From Nitrosopumilus sp. (GTDB lineage Archaea > Thermoproteota > Nitrososphaeria > Nitrososphaerales > Nitrosopumilaceae): a stretch of DNA of 64,000 nt. A program made the position numbers and the translations under genes. Each line of letters begins with the position of its first letter. Position 1 is the first letter of the stretch. A model generated the notes under the pieces. It did no database searches. It saw only the letters and a list, made by a program, of their open reading frames with translations, and was not told the origin of the DNA. The DNA lies in NCBI GenBank assembly GCA_965238275.1, contig OZ250186.1, forward strand, positions 1,504,001 through 1,568,000, in the 5' to 3' direction. Shown here in pieces: positions 10,177 through 19,900 of this stretch.

Positions 10177-10264
10177 TAGTGACTGTGATGGGCAATATGC
10201 CTAAAATCCAGAACAGTAACTCCGGTTCTAACGGCATTTGCCACTCTTCCATCACAGTCAACTA
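10177..10264. repeat. Long inverted repeat or MITE-like hairpin between divergent genes
   Basis: TGACTGTGATGG (10180-10191) and CCATCACAGTCA (10249-10260) form a perfect 12-bp IR. Inner stems: GGCAATATGCC/GGCATTTGCC and AGAAC/GTTCT. Confidence 0.6.
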
Positions 10265-10377
10265 AAATTATCTAGAAGCAAACGTTCCTGCAACCAATAC
10301 GGCACTTTTATTAGAAAAACCGCCCTGCATGCCAGCCCACACAAATTCTTTTATTCAAAGAAGACAGGCACCTCATC

Positions 10378-11400
10378 ATGCCGCTGACATACAAGAATGC
10401 AGGCGTGGACATCTCCAAGATCAAGCAGAGCCAGACCGAGATTGGCCGGATGATCGCATCAACGCACAATCTTCAAAACAAGGCAAGGGTAGCCCACGGC
10501 TTTGGACACTATGCAGGGGTCGTGGAGATTGCAGGCGGCACCCTTCTGGCCACGCATACTGACGGCGTTGGAACCAAGGTGATGATCGCAGGCATGATGG
10601 ACAGGTATGACACGATAGGCATTGACTGCATCGCGATGAACGTCAATGACGTGATATGCATCGGCGCGACGCCGATATCCTTTGTGGACTATATCGCGGC
10701 AAACAGAAACGACCAGCGCATTATCCGGGAGATCATGGAGGGGCTGGTCAAGGGGGCACAGAGATCAGCAGTGCCGATTGTCGGCGGGGAGACTGCGATA
10801 ATGCCTGATGTGATTAATGGTGACGGTTTTGCATTCGATCTGGCCGGAATGGTGGTGGGGCTAGTTGAGAAGGGCCGGATGATACTGGGCGACAGGATAG
10901 TGCCAGGCGATGTGATCATAGGGGCAGACAGCACGGGAATTCATTCAAACGGCTACTCGCTTGCAAGAAAGGCACTCTTTCCAAAGTACTCCATAACCGA
11001 CAGCGTCAAGGGGGTCGGAACCATAGGGGATGCGCTTTTGGAGCCCACTGCAATATACACCAAACCCGTTCTTGAGATCGTTCAAAAGTGCCAAGTGGAC
11101 GGACTGGCACACATAACGGGCGGCTCGTTTACCAAGCTGCTGCGCCTCAAGGACACAGGCTACGAGATAGACTCCCTGCCGGAGATGCCTCCAATCATGG
11201 GGCTCATAGAGGAGCAGGGGGTGGAACCAGAGGAGATGTACAGGACATTTAACATGGGCGTGGGGTTTTGCGTGATTGCGCCCGGAGATCAGGCCGCAGG
11301 CATCATGTCAATCTTCAAGGAACACGGGATCTCAAGCCATGAGATAGGCAGAATCACATCCCGCAAGGGCGTCTTTGTAAACTCTAAAAAGATTGCATGA
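10378..11400 (+). CDS. purM: Phosphoribosylformylglycinamidine cyclo-ligase (AIR synthetase)
   Basis: YKNAGVD, TDGVGTK, AMNVND, GGETA, GIHSNGYSL, HITGG and RTFNMGVG. Confidence 0.97.
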   Translation: MPLTYKNAGVDISKIKQSQTEIGRMIASTHNLQNKARVAHGFGHYAGVVEIAGGTLLATHTDGVGTKVMIAGMMDRYDTIGIDCIAMNVNDVICIGATPISFVDYIAANRNDQRIIREIMEGLVKGAQRSAVPIVGGETAIMPDVINGDGFAFDLAGMVVGLVEKGRMILGDRIVPGDVIIGADSTGIHSNGYSLARKALFPKYSITDSVKGVGTIGDALLEPTAIYTKPVLEIVQKCQVDGLAHITGGSFTKLLRLKDTGYEIDSLPEMPPIMGLIEEQGVEPEEMYRTFNMGVGFCVIAPGDQAAGIMSIFKEHGISSHEIGRITSRKGVFVNSKKIA

Positions 11401-11705
11401 TATGTGGGCGGATCCCCGCTAGAATGGCCGCGATCAGCATTGCACGCTTTTGGGACGTGTCAGGGGATGAATAACATGGGCGACAAGAAGGCAAGATAAA
11501 GCGCAAACGTGATGATCCATTTTGGATTATACCCAATGATGAAATACCGGTCCTCGATGGCCATTACGCATGACTTTTTTTTAACACTACCGCTGATCCT
11601 AACTGATTCTGATTTTTTGCACAATGGGAATGCTTACGCTGGGCCGACACGCGTATCCGGCTGTTCTGGGAATCATTTTTAATTGGGCGTTTCACGCCAT
11701 TCATC

Positions 11706-12218
11706 ATGAGGATATCTGATGAATTGAAGCAGGCACTGGACAACCAGGTCCGACTCGAGTCTGCTGCGTCAAACGTCTATCTTGCAATGGCATCCTGGTC
11801 CGAGACTACCGGATATGAGGGCGCTGCTGCATACTTTTATGCCCAGTCCGACGAGGAACGAGCCCACATGCTCAAAATAATTCACTACCTGAATGAAATG
11901 GGAGCCTGTGCCACACTCCCCTCAATTGACGCACCGGCCAACTCCTTTGAATCCCTGGAATCCGTCATGAAAATCTCCCTGGAAAACGAGCGGGCAGCCA
12001 CCAAGGCAGTTCACAACATGGTTGCCATTGCACAAAGGGAAGGGGATTACTCCACGCGTACATTTCTTGAATGGTTTGTAACCGAACAGGCCCACGAGGA
12101 GACAAAGTTTGAAGTAATCCTGCAGAAATTTGACCTGATCGGGCGAGACAAGATGGCGCTCCACGAGATTGACAAAATCCTCAGCACGCTAGCTGCAACG
12201 CAGGATCCCGGCACATAG
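11706..12218 (+). CDS. ftnA: Non-heme ferritin
   Basis: Q..LE..AS..YLAMA.W, QSDEERAHMLK and FLEWFVTEQAHEE ferroxidase pattern. Confidence 0.93.
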   Translation: MRISDELKQALDNQVRLESAASNVYLAMASWSETTGYEGAAAYFYAQSDEERAHMLKIIHYLNEMGACATLPSIDAPANSFESLESVMKISLENERAATKAVHNMVAIAQREGDYSTRTFLEWFVTEQAHEETKFEVILQKFDLIGRDKMALHEIDKILSTLAATQDPGT

Positions 12219-12400
12219 ATTCCCTGTCTTCAATCCCTTTGCAGTAAATGTCCTGTCTGGCAGTGTGGTGGGGATTTGGTTAAAATTGTCGCGCTCATCG
12301 TGCGTGGATTTTGCCGCACCAACACCTGTCTGCCTGTGTCATGGATCCGGCAGGCTGCGCACCCTGATCAAGCCGGAGACGGCATTTCCCAGAGGCAGTA

Positions 12401-12682
12401 TCAGTCATCATCCTCTGCAGACGTCCAGACGCCTGGGAATACCATGTGTGCGACGGCGAGGCTTTTGTAGTATTTTTCGGGCTGTTTCATCATCCTGTGG
12501 ATGGCCGAGGAACGCTCCATTAGGTGGTTCATAAGCCAGCATCTTACTTCCACATGGGTTTTTCCTGCATATTTTTTGTCGTCTATCTCGACTGCCCGGA
12601 CTGCCTTGAGCGGGGTCTCTGCCTCCAGACAGACATATTCTGTTTCCTTCTCGTCATTAATCGACACCAGAAAATAGGGCAC
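12401..12682 (-). CDS. Orphan hypothetical protein (93 aa)
   Basis: GTG start preceded by an SD-like GGAGGTCGGTGA; globular-looking composition with an acidic tail. Confidence 0.6.
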   Translation of the reverse strand: MPYFLVSINDEKETEYVCLEAETPLKAVRAVEIDDKKYAGKTHVEVRCWLMNHLMERSSAIHRMMKQPEKYYKSLAVAHMVFPGVWTSAEDDD

Positions 12683-13297
12683 TAGTCACCGACCTCCCCA
12701 TGTCTGGAGTCGGCGACTCCCCACAGACTGTACGAGCCTGTGCCTGCCTTCTGGTATCTGCAGGCGGCGACATACCCCGTCGTGTGCGCGGGTCACGGGC
12801 AGCGGACTGCGTCGGGTGCCTACCATGATCCGGAATCTTCTGCATGGTGATCTGGGGTTCATCCGGGGTTTGTCCCCGAATGTGCTGGCTGCGTCGCCTT
12901 TCCCGCATGCGGCATGCGGACTGGCAGGCCTTTGCCTCATCCGGCCCGTATCGTATTTCATATGCATGGGCTTCTAATAATGTGGTAGTATATATTTTCT
13001 AATATCGTCTTAAGACTCTAAAATCCAGAAAGTAATATATATATTATCATGTACCGGCAAAAAAACAGTCACGGATGAGCCAATATCACGTGCCTCCGGG
13101 CACTGTGACGTGCCCAACCGATCTTGGCTGGAGGCAGACCGTCCCTGTATTCATTTCGGCACACAGGGAACCCGAACAGGGAATTCATGCCTGCATAATC
13201 TGAAAGCCGGCAGATGTCTGATCTGCAGGTCTTATGAACGCCCTGCTACCGCCTATTCTGGGGAACTCTCCACGGAACGCCTGTCATGCTTTGCAGC

Positions 13298-13420
13298 CTA
13301 GTCCGAAGCCTTGCCTCTTGACCTGTCGTGCATCCTGCCAATATGCAGTGCCAGTTCCACAACCTCCGCACCAAAATCTTTTCCACAGAATTCACACTCA
13401 AACTTGTACTCGTTTGACAT
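13298..13420 (-). CDS. 40-aa C2H2-type zinc-finger micro-protein (not in ORF track)
   Basis: Hand translation MSNEYKFECEFCGKDFGAEVVELALHIGRMHDRSRGKASD*, with F-x-C-x2-C-x3-F...L-x-L-H-x4-H. TTTTAATA box about 25-30 nt upstream. Confidence 0.8.
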   Translation of the reverse strand: MSNEYKFECEFCGKDFGAEVVELALHIGRMHDRSRGKASD

Positions 13421-13700
13421 TATGCATCAGTGCCATTGAGTGGTATTAAAATTCTCGGTGCCACATGCTGAAATTATACTCAAGGGTTCATCGCATCAAC
13501 ATTTACCTGGATGGCACCGCCATGTGGCTCTGCACGTTGCCATAATTCTGAAAAGGATCAGACGGGAGTCAAATCCGGAAGGATCCGTCGGGCATCAAAA
13601 AAAAAGACAGGGAAACGCCACAGATTCTGGCTGTGTATCCCTGCATGTGATTCTGCTCTCCTGCAAGTGACTGGGAACCAATGACATCCCCGGCACCCTG

Positions 13701-13874
13701 CTAACCAAAAATCATGCAGTGCTCGCACTCGCAGACGCTCTGCTGCTTTGCCTTCTTTAGGCATTTTCTATGCTGTCCTGCCTGGCACTGGACACAGACC
13801 TCGTCAATATTGTCTACGCTTGTATATTTTTTGGACTGGTCAAATCCAAAACCTCCGTCCTGCGGGCCTACCAT
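13701..13874 (-). CDS. 57-aa Cys/His-rich metal-binding micro-protein (not in ORF track)
   Basis: Hand translation MVGPQDGGFGFDQSKKYTSVDNIDEVCVQCQAGQHRKCLKKAKQQSVCECEHCMIFG*; starts 14 nt after the upstream gene's stop. Confidence 0.8.
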   Translation of the reverse strand: MVGPQDGGFGFDQSKKYTSVDNIDEVCVQCQAGQHRKCLKKAKQQSVCECEHCMIFG

Positions 13875-13887
13875 ACAAATGCTGGCA

Positions 13888-14205
13888 TCATGTGGTATTT
13901 CTACTTTGATCCAGCGCGTTCCTTATCGCGTCCTGCAGCTCCTTTTTGTGCGTCTCTATGACGCCCCTGATCTCAAAGGTATCCACGTAGCTCCCGACGT
14001 ATGCGCGCGTTGCCTTGAGCAGATAGTGGAGCGAGCCCTCCTCGATCTTTCCCACATAGTACCCATAGATGAAATCCAGATCGCTTCTGCATTTCCAGAT
14101 CTTCTTTACGGCTGGAAACGTCTGCCTGATCTCACTTGGAATCTCCTGAATCCGTCTCTTGACGTATGTGTCCAGCGACCTTCTTATGGATGAATCATCA
14201 AGCAA
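13888..14205 (-). CDS. Hypothetical protein, Nitrosopumilaceae-type
   Basis: Helical protein with DFIYGYYVGKIEEG motif; co-oriented with its neighbours. Confidence 0.75.
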   Translation of the reverse strand: MLDDSSIRRSLDTYVKRRIQEIPSEIRQTFPAVKKIWKCRSDLDFIYGYYVGKIEEGSLHYLLKATRAYVGSYVDTFEIRGVIETHKKELQDAIRNALDQSRNTT

Positions 14206-14234
14206 TTACGATACTGGCTTACGGTGCATGCCTT

Positions 14235-14384
14235 TTAGTCATTGTCATCGTCTTTTGGCTTGTCCCACATGTGCATGGTGCCTCTGATCATAAAGGCGCC
14301 TACCACTATGGCTACTATGCCCCCTGCTATGAAGAGAAAAAACCTTCCAACGCTCCGGATGCCTACCAATAATGCCAAGAGCAC
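14235..14384 (-). CDS. ~49-aa membrane micro-protein (not in ORF track)
   Basis: MLLALLVGIRSVGRFFLFIAGGIVAIVVGAFMIRGTMHMWDKPKDDDND*; start codon uncertain. Confidence 0.55.
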   Translation of the reverse strand: MLLALLVGIRSVGRFFLFIAGGIVAIVVGAFMIRGTMHMWDKPKDDDND

Positions 14385-14624
14385 AATTATCCTAATTATA
14401 ACTGTCTAAATGTATGCTCTCCAATATGAAACCGTCATCATCCTACTGCAACTCGTCATGGGGAACCAGACCTGTGCTGGCTGGGGCATCCATCCTGCAA
14501 CAAACACCCGACACCCCCACCCCACCACCATCGGCGCCACAAGCCATGCCACATTACACAACACTGCCAATCCAGCTGTCCCTCTCAATTAGATTCAATA
14601 GTGAGCCTGTAGAATCCCACACAA

Positions 14625-14723
14625 ATGTCCAAACCCAAACAGATTGCAGCCTGGATTGCGATAATCGGAGGGGGAATAGGATTCTTCTTTCTCTCCCAGT
14701 TCCTGACAGAGGTCATGCGGTAG
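14625..14723 (+). CDS. 32-aa single-TM micro-protein (not in ORF track)
   Basis: MSKPKQIAAWIAIIGGGIGFFFLSQFLTEVMR*: basic N-terminus followed by a hydrophobic helix; directly upstream of a co-oriented gene. Confidence 0.65.
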   Translation: MSKPKQIAAWIAIIGGGIGFFFLSQFLTEVMR

Positions 14724-14741
14724 TGATACAGGCGTGCATGA

Positions 14742-15191
14742 GTGGCAATGATTACTGGTGAGATAAGCGCTTTTTTGGATCTGCAGAATCTCGGATACGT
14801 TGCAACTGTAAGTCCAGACCAGAGACCCAATGTCTCCCCCAAGGGCACGATAATCTGCTGGGACTCAAAGACTCTGGCCTTTGCAGACATCTGCTCGCCT
14901 GATACAGTCAAAAACCTACAGGGCAATCCCAATGTGGAGATTAACGTAATTGATCCGATTTTACGCAGAGGCTACCTGTTTCAGGGACGGGCCAGAATCC
15001 TTGACGGTGATGATGCACTCAGCAAGGCAGTCGTAAGCCGGTACCGGGATCGTGGCGTGACAAGCCCGATCAGGTCAATTATCATGGTGGACGTATCGCA
15101 GGTCTCCCAGGTCCTCTCCCCGTTGTACCATATGGGCCTCTCAGAAGAGGAGATAAAATCAAAATGGATCAAGCATTTTAAGGAACTGTGA
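14742..15191 (+). CDS. Pyridoxamine 5'-phosphate oxidase-like FMN/F420-binding split-barrel protein
   Basis: GYVATVSPDQRPNVSPKG, TVKNLQGNPNVEI and GYLFQGRA. Confidence 0.88.
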   Translation: MAMITGEISAFLDLQNLGYVATVSPDQRPNVSPKGTIICWDSKTLAFADICSPDTVKNLQGNPNVEINVIDPILRRGYLFQGRARILDGDDALSKAVVSRYRDRGVTSPIRSIIMVDVSQVSQVLSPLYHMGLSEEEIKSKWIKHFKEL

Positions 15192-15197
15192 CTGTTC

Positions 15198-16352
15198 CTA
15201 GGATGCATCCTTGCCGTGTTCTGGCTCCTGCCCTGACTTGGTTGCGTCCCTCTTCCTGAATGACTCCAGCTTCTGCTTGGTCTTTTTGTGTTTCTCCCTC
15301 TCTTCCTCCAAAAGAGCCTGGACCGAATCAATCTTGTCCTGTGCCGCCTTGAGTTTTGATTTCAGGGAACTGACTACTGCGCTTGCCGCCTCAATTATTC
15401 CTGCAGAGCCTCTCTGATCAGTACTGCCCCCGTGAATAAACTCCTTTTCCCTGACGGTAAGGGGACCTGTCCCTTGGACTTTTGTCTTTTTATCCATGTC
15501 CTCCTTTGCGTTATACAGCATGGCGTTGGTCTCCTCCAGCTCCTCCCTTGCCTTCATCTGCTCCCTTTTTACAGTGGACAGGGCTTTGCGTTCCTGCTCT
15601 GCCTGCTCCCTTGCCTTCTCACGCTCCTGCGTTGCCTTCCTAATCTCCCCCTTGATTCCTGACAGAACCCTCTGCTCCCCTGCATCGCCGTGCTCTGCTG
15701 CCTTCTTAACCTCCTCCCTGATTCCTGACAGGACAGTCTTCTCCTGCTCTGCCTGCTCCCTTATCTTCTCACGCTCCTGCGTTGCCTTCCTAACCTCCTC
15801 CTTGATTCCTGACAGAACCCTCTGCTCCCCTGCATCGCCGTGCTCTGCTGCCTTCTTAATCTCCTCCCTGATTCCTGACAGGACAGTCTTCTCCTGCTCT
15901 GTCTGCTCCCTTGTCTTCTCACGCTCCTGCGTTGCCCTCCTAATCTCATTCCTTGTATTGAGGAGCAAATCTCTTGCCCTGGCAAGACTCATGCCAATCT
16001 CTGCACCTGTCTCGGAATTCCTGATCCTCGTTGAGACCTCCCTGTATTCCCTGTGTATGGAATCAAGATCCATCCTGCTCTGATTCAGATCCTTCTTGAC
16101 TGACATCAGGGTGTCGACTGACATGTCATATTCCTTCTTTACTGTCTGAGCCTTTTGAGTGATGTCCTGCAGTTCAGCCCGCCGCTCCTCGCATTCCTCC
16201 TGAATCTTGTCCAGTTCACTTTGACTCTTATCTGCCTCGGCCTGTAGCACCTCTGAGCGTGCCTCAAGCTCCTCTTTTACAATGTGCTCGTCACTATCCT
16301 TGGAGACTGTGCCGCCCTTTCTGGGAAAGAATCTCACGCTCTTTTGTGTCAC
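15198..16352 (-). CDS. Long coiled-coil protein with internal 50-aa repeats
   Basis: E/K/Q/R-rich heptads; C-terminal IIEAASAVVSSLKSKL segment. Confidence 0.8.
   Translation of the reverse strand: MTQKSVRFFPRKGGTVSKDSDEHIVKEELEARSEVLQAEADKSQSELDKIQEECEERRAELQDITQKAQTVKKEYDMSVDTLMSVKKDLNQSRMDLDSIHREYREVSTRIRNSETGAEIGMSLARARDLLLNTRNEIRRATQEREKTREQTEQEKTVLSGIREEIKKAAEHGDAGEQRVLSGIKEEVRKATQEREKIREQAEQEKTVLSGIREEVKKAAEHGDAGEQRVLSGIKGEIRKATQEREKAREQAEQERKALSTVKREQMKAREELEETNAMLYNAKEDMDKKTKVQGTGPLTVREKEFIHGGSTDQRGSAGIIEAASAVVSSLKSKLKAAQDKIDSVQALLEEEREKHKKTKQKLESFRKRDATKSGQEPEHGKDAS
15595..15945. repeat. 150-bp in-frame tandem repeat (about 2.3 copies)
   Basis: ACGCTCCTGC recurs at 15621, 15771 and 15921, and the copies are nearly identical. 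Confidence 0.9.
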
Positions 16353-16373
16353 TTCTAATTGATGAATCTTTCC

Positions 16374-16655
16374 TTATCCGTTCCTTGAGCGTCCCCTTAC
16401 AAACTTCAGATAGAACCCGATTCCTCCCACTACCATCCCCCCAATCAGGGCAGCGGTGCCAAGCTGGGGCATCTGGGGATAGATGTTGGGTGCAAGAAAC
16501 AGCAGCAACGCGCCTAGGATTATCAGGGCAAACCCCCCGCTCTTCCTTGATCTGTTGTGCTCTGAGTGGACCAAATCTAGTTTAGTGTTTCTAGTCAAGG
16601 CTTTTAAGGAAACCGGATTCCTCTGCGAGTGCGGCTGGCGGCCGGACATCTTCAT
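16374..16655 (-). CDS. Small two-TM membrane protein
   Basis: GGFALIILGALLLFLAP and TAALIGGMVVGGIGFYL helices; true start may be downstream. Confidence 0.65.
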   Translation of the reverse strand: MKMSGRQPHSQRNPVSLKALTRNTKLDLVHSEHNRSRKSGGFALIILGALLLFLAPNIYPQMPQLGTAALIGGMVVGGIGFYLKFVRGRSRNG

Positions 16656-16971
16656 TTTTGCATTAATTTTGTATCAAAAATGCTGTTCCTGTACGGGATC
16701 CAAGTGCTGCTCTTGTACAAAACGGCATCAAATCAGCAGCAGCCCCAAACGCCTCTAGCCAGCCTGTCACAAGCATCCTGTGAACTAGCCCTGTCCCGGG
16801 ATCTTTTTGCCGCATCAGGCAAGATGGTGCCATAGACGAGTCTGGTTGGGGGATACATCATGAGACATGAATCCGACCGTACAATACACTGCTTCGGGAG
16901 AATCGCCGAAACCGTGTACTTATAACTCGCTATTTTCAAAACGGGTTGTTGGTACTGGAGAGGTTTCAATT

Positions 16972-19900
16972 TTGAATCAATCTAAGATTTTTCTGGTTAT
17001 TTTGGCAATCAGCATGATTTCAATTGCATCCCATGACGCTTTTGCTACGCCGCCTTCTCCTCCTCCAGGATTTACGCAAATGGAGATATCTGAACTTCCA
17101 GTACTGGGCCAGGAGTTTGATCTTACCATTTCTCCCATACCTGATAATTATGATAAAGACTGGATACAATCTTCTGATGAAAAAACATGGCCGACAGAAT
17201 TTACAATCATCCTGCCAAAAGGCTTTGAAATTATTGATGATGATTTTTCTGACGGCCGACCTTATTATGGCATGCATGGCCAGGTTTCTGATGATTATCG
17301 TTTTTTTTCTGTTGTTAGGGATGTTGGATTTCCTCCCCAAACAACGGTGACAATCAAGCCAACAGAACCCGGTATTTGGCAAATTATTGCTACAAGTGGC
17401 CCATTCATATCTGGAAAAATATTCGTGACACTGACTGAAAGCTATTCGTATGTTTCTGACAAACCAAACAATGTTGTAAAAAGAGACACGTGTGGCAAAG
17501 ATTTGGATGGCCGGTATGACCGTATATCCATGTTTGATGTTGCATCAAACTCGATAATAAGAAATGTAAAAAATGATTTTATGGCGGAGGAATCTTATAA
17601 TGACTGGAAAATAATCACAAATCCCGCTACCGATCTTATTTACATCTATGAGCATTACACCACCATAGTCCCAATCATATATGGAAATTCTGGCGAGACA
17701 AAAGAGAATCTGACTCTATACGGCCCAAGATCCAGCGTGAGAGTGTCGGATATTGCCATAAATCCTGAAACAAACCTGATCTATATGGGGGACAATGGAA
17801 GAGTAAGTGGAAAGAGTGATGGCAGGATTCTGGTGCTGGACGGGGAAAACCATTCGATTATTTCAATAATAGAATATTATGACAGATCAGGTGAGGATGA
17901 ATATGTTAAATCAATCACTGTAGATCCAAAAACCAATACTTTGTATGCCATGACAGGCGAAAATAGTCTGTATGTGATTGATCTTGATACAGAAGAAGTT
18001 GTTACAAAACTTCATTTGGGCGAGGGCGGATACTCTGGAACCCATGATGTTGAGGTAAATTCGGAAACCAACAAAATCTACGCATTGAATGGCGAGTTGT
18101 ATGTGATAGACGGGCACACAAACGCTGTTGAGCATGCCATACCCGTTGACAATTGGGCAGACAAAATCCAGGTCAACGAGAGGGACAATGAAATCTATCT
18201 CCTAATCTATTCCACCGAGAAACTGCTGATAATTGATGGAACTGATCATCAGATAGACACAATAAATCTGCATCGCCCTGGACTCGATATGGATTTTGAT
18301 CACGTACATGGCAAACTGTATGTTCCAAACGAGGGTGGTTCAGTAACCGTAATCGACACCGACGCGCTTGAATTTGACATAATGGATGACTGCAGCTTTA
18401 TTTCGCGCATTTCCATAAATCCCGGAACCGGAGTTTTGTCTGCAGTGGATGAATCGCAATCCGTTACTGTAAACGTAATCGAAGACGTAAAACCACACCA
18501 AAATGATCGTATGTGGGTTGATGATTCAGAATATCCGAGAACAGAGTATTTGTCAGACGAGCAGATATCCTTCAGACTATCCAATATGGGCGATGCCGAT
18601 ATTGCAGTCGACTCTGTAAGGATAAAAAACACCAATACCGGAAATGTGGCCGTCACACTTACGGAATCGCAGACAATCGAGCAAAACGGGTTCATTGAGA
18701 TTATGTGGGACCAAACTGATTCGAACGGAAAACGGGTTCCGCTTGATCGTTATGCTCTGATTATGAAGGGCCATGATGATGAAGATGCCATTTACGAGGC
18801 ACACAAACTATTCTCAACCATAGACAAAGACAGGCTGGATCGTCTCAAATCGCTGCACAAAGACATGTTTTCCTATATAAAATCAAACGAAAGCAATTCT
18901 GAAGAGACCACCGCGCCGCCCGCATCCGATGATTCGGCACCTGCAAACACGGCTGATGATTTGACGGCCGGGCAGCCACAACCTGACATTCCAGATGACG
19001 TTGCATGTAAAAACAATCCCGTGCTTATGACCCGGAACTATGAAAAATTCATATGCGTCAAATTTACCACGTCTGAAACACTTGTCATGCGCGGATGGGA
19101 GATCGTTTCCACAGAACCCACTCCGGCTGTTCCTAGCGACACCTCGGAGAACATCACTGTGCCAAAGCACGACATCATGCCTGATTTTCCGTTGTCCAGC
19201 GAATTCACAGGTAATATCTTTGCAAGATTCAATGTAGAATTTTCTCAAAGACCTGTTTTGAATGAGGAATTTGACATTACTATAAAATATGAAATTTTTG
19301 ACAATGAGTCTTCTAATAAAAAACCCCGCAAGACAGTTCCCTTTACTCTTACATTAGGCGAAGGGATGGAGTACGTGGGCGGAGACATGAACAAAATTGC
19401 AAGAAAATACAGCCTTGTTACCGAGCAATACAACACAATGTACAAGGCAGAAAACCCGAGTACTGTTCCTGGCATCTACGAATCCACCTCCATCATAAAA
19501 TTCTCGCAGCCCGGAGAACATTATTTTGGATTACATGTCTCAGGCCAATTTGATGGGTTTTGGTTTTTTGTAGATGACGGTGGAACGGTATACCTGAAAG
19601 AGGACGTCATTTATGACTCCAGTGCGCTGTCACAGCTAATGCATATCTTGACTGCTAACTACCCGGAATCCATTGAAGACGAATTAGAAACCATCTTTGG
19701 CAGTAATGCAAAACGAGTTTTGGAGGACTATTATGAGTATTATGAGTATCAAAGACCGATTGCCCCTGTGGACCTGCTTACAACTAAGGTGCAACTGCAG
19801 GATGTGGTATGTTCAGGCGGCATATTTTACAAGTTTACCCAGAGTGAATGGGGAGGGCACGGCATGCAGTGTGGTTCAGAGTCCACGTTGGAATATAATT

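Noticed and set aside
12686-12967. 93-aa Arg-rich ORF
   Set aside because: Composition typical of GC-rich non-coding DNA and no motif; not called as a gene.
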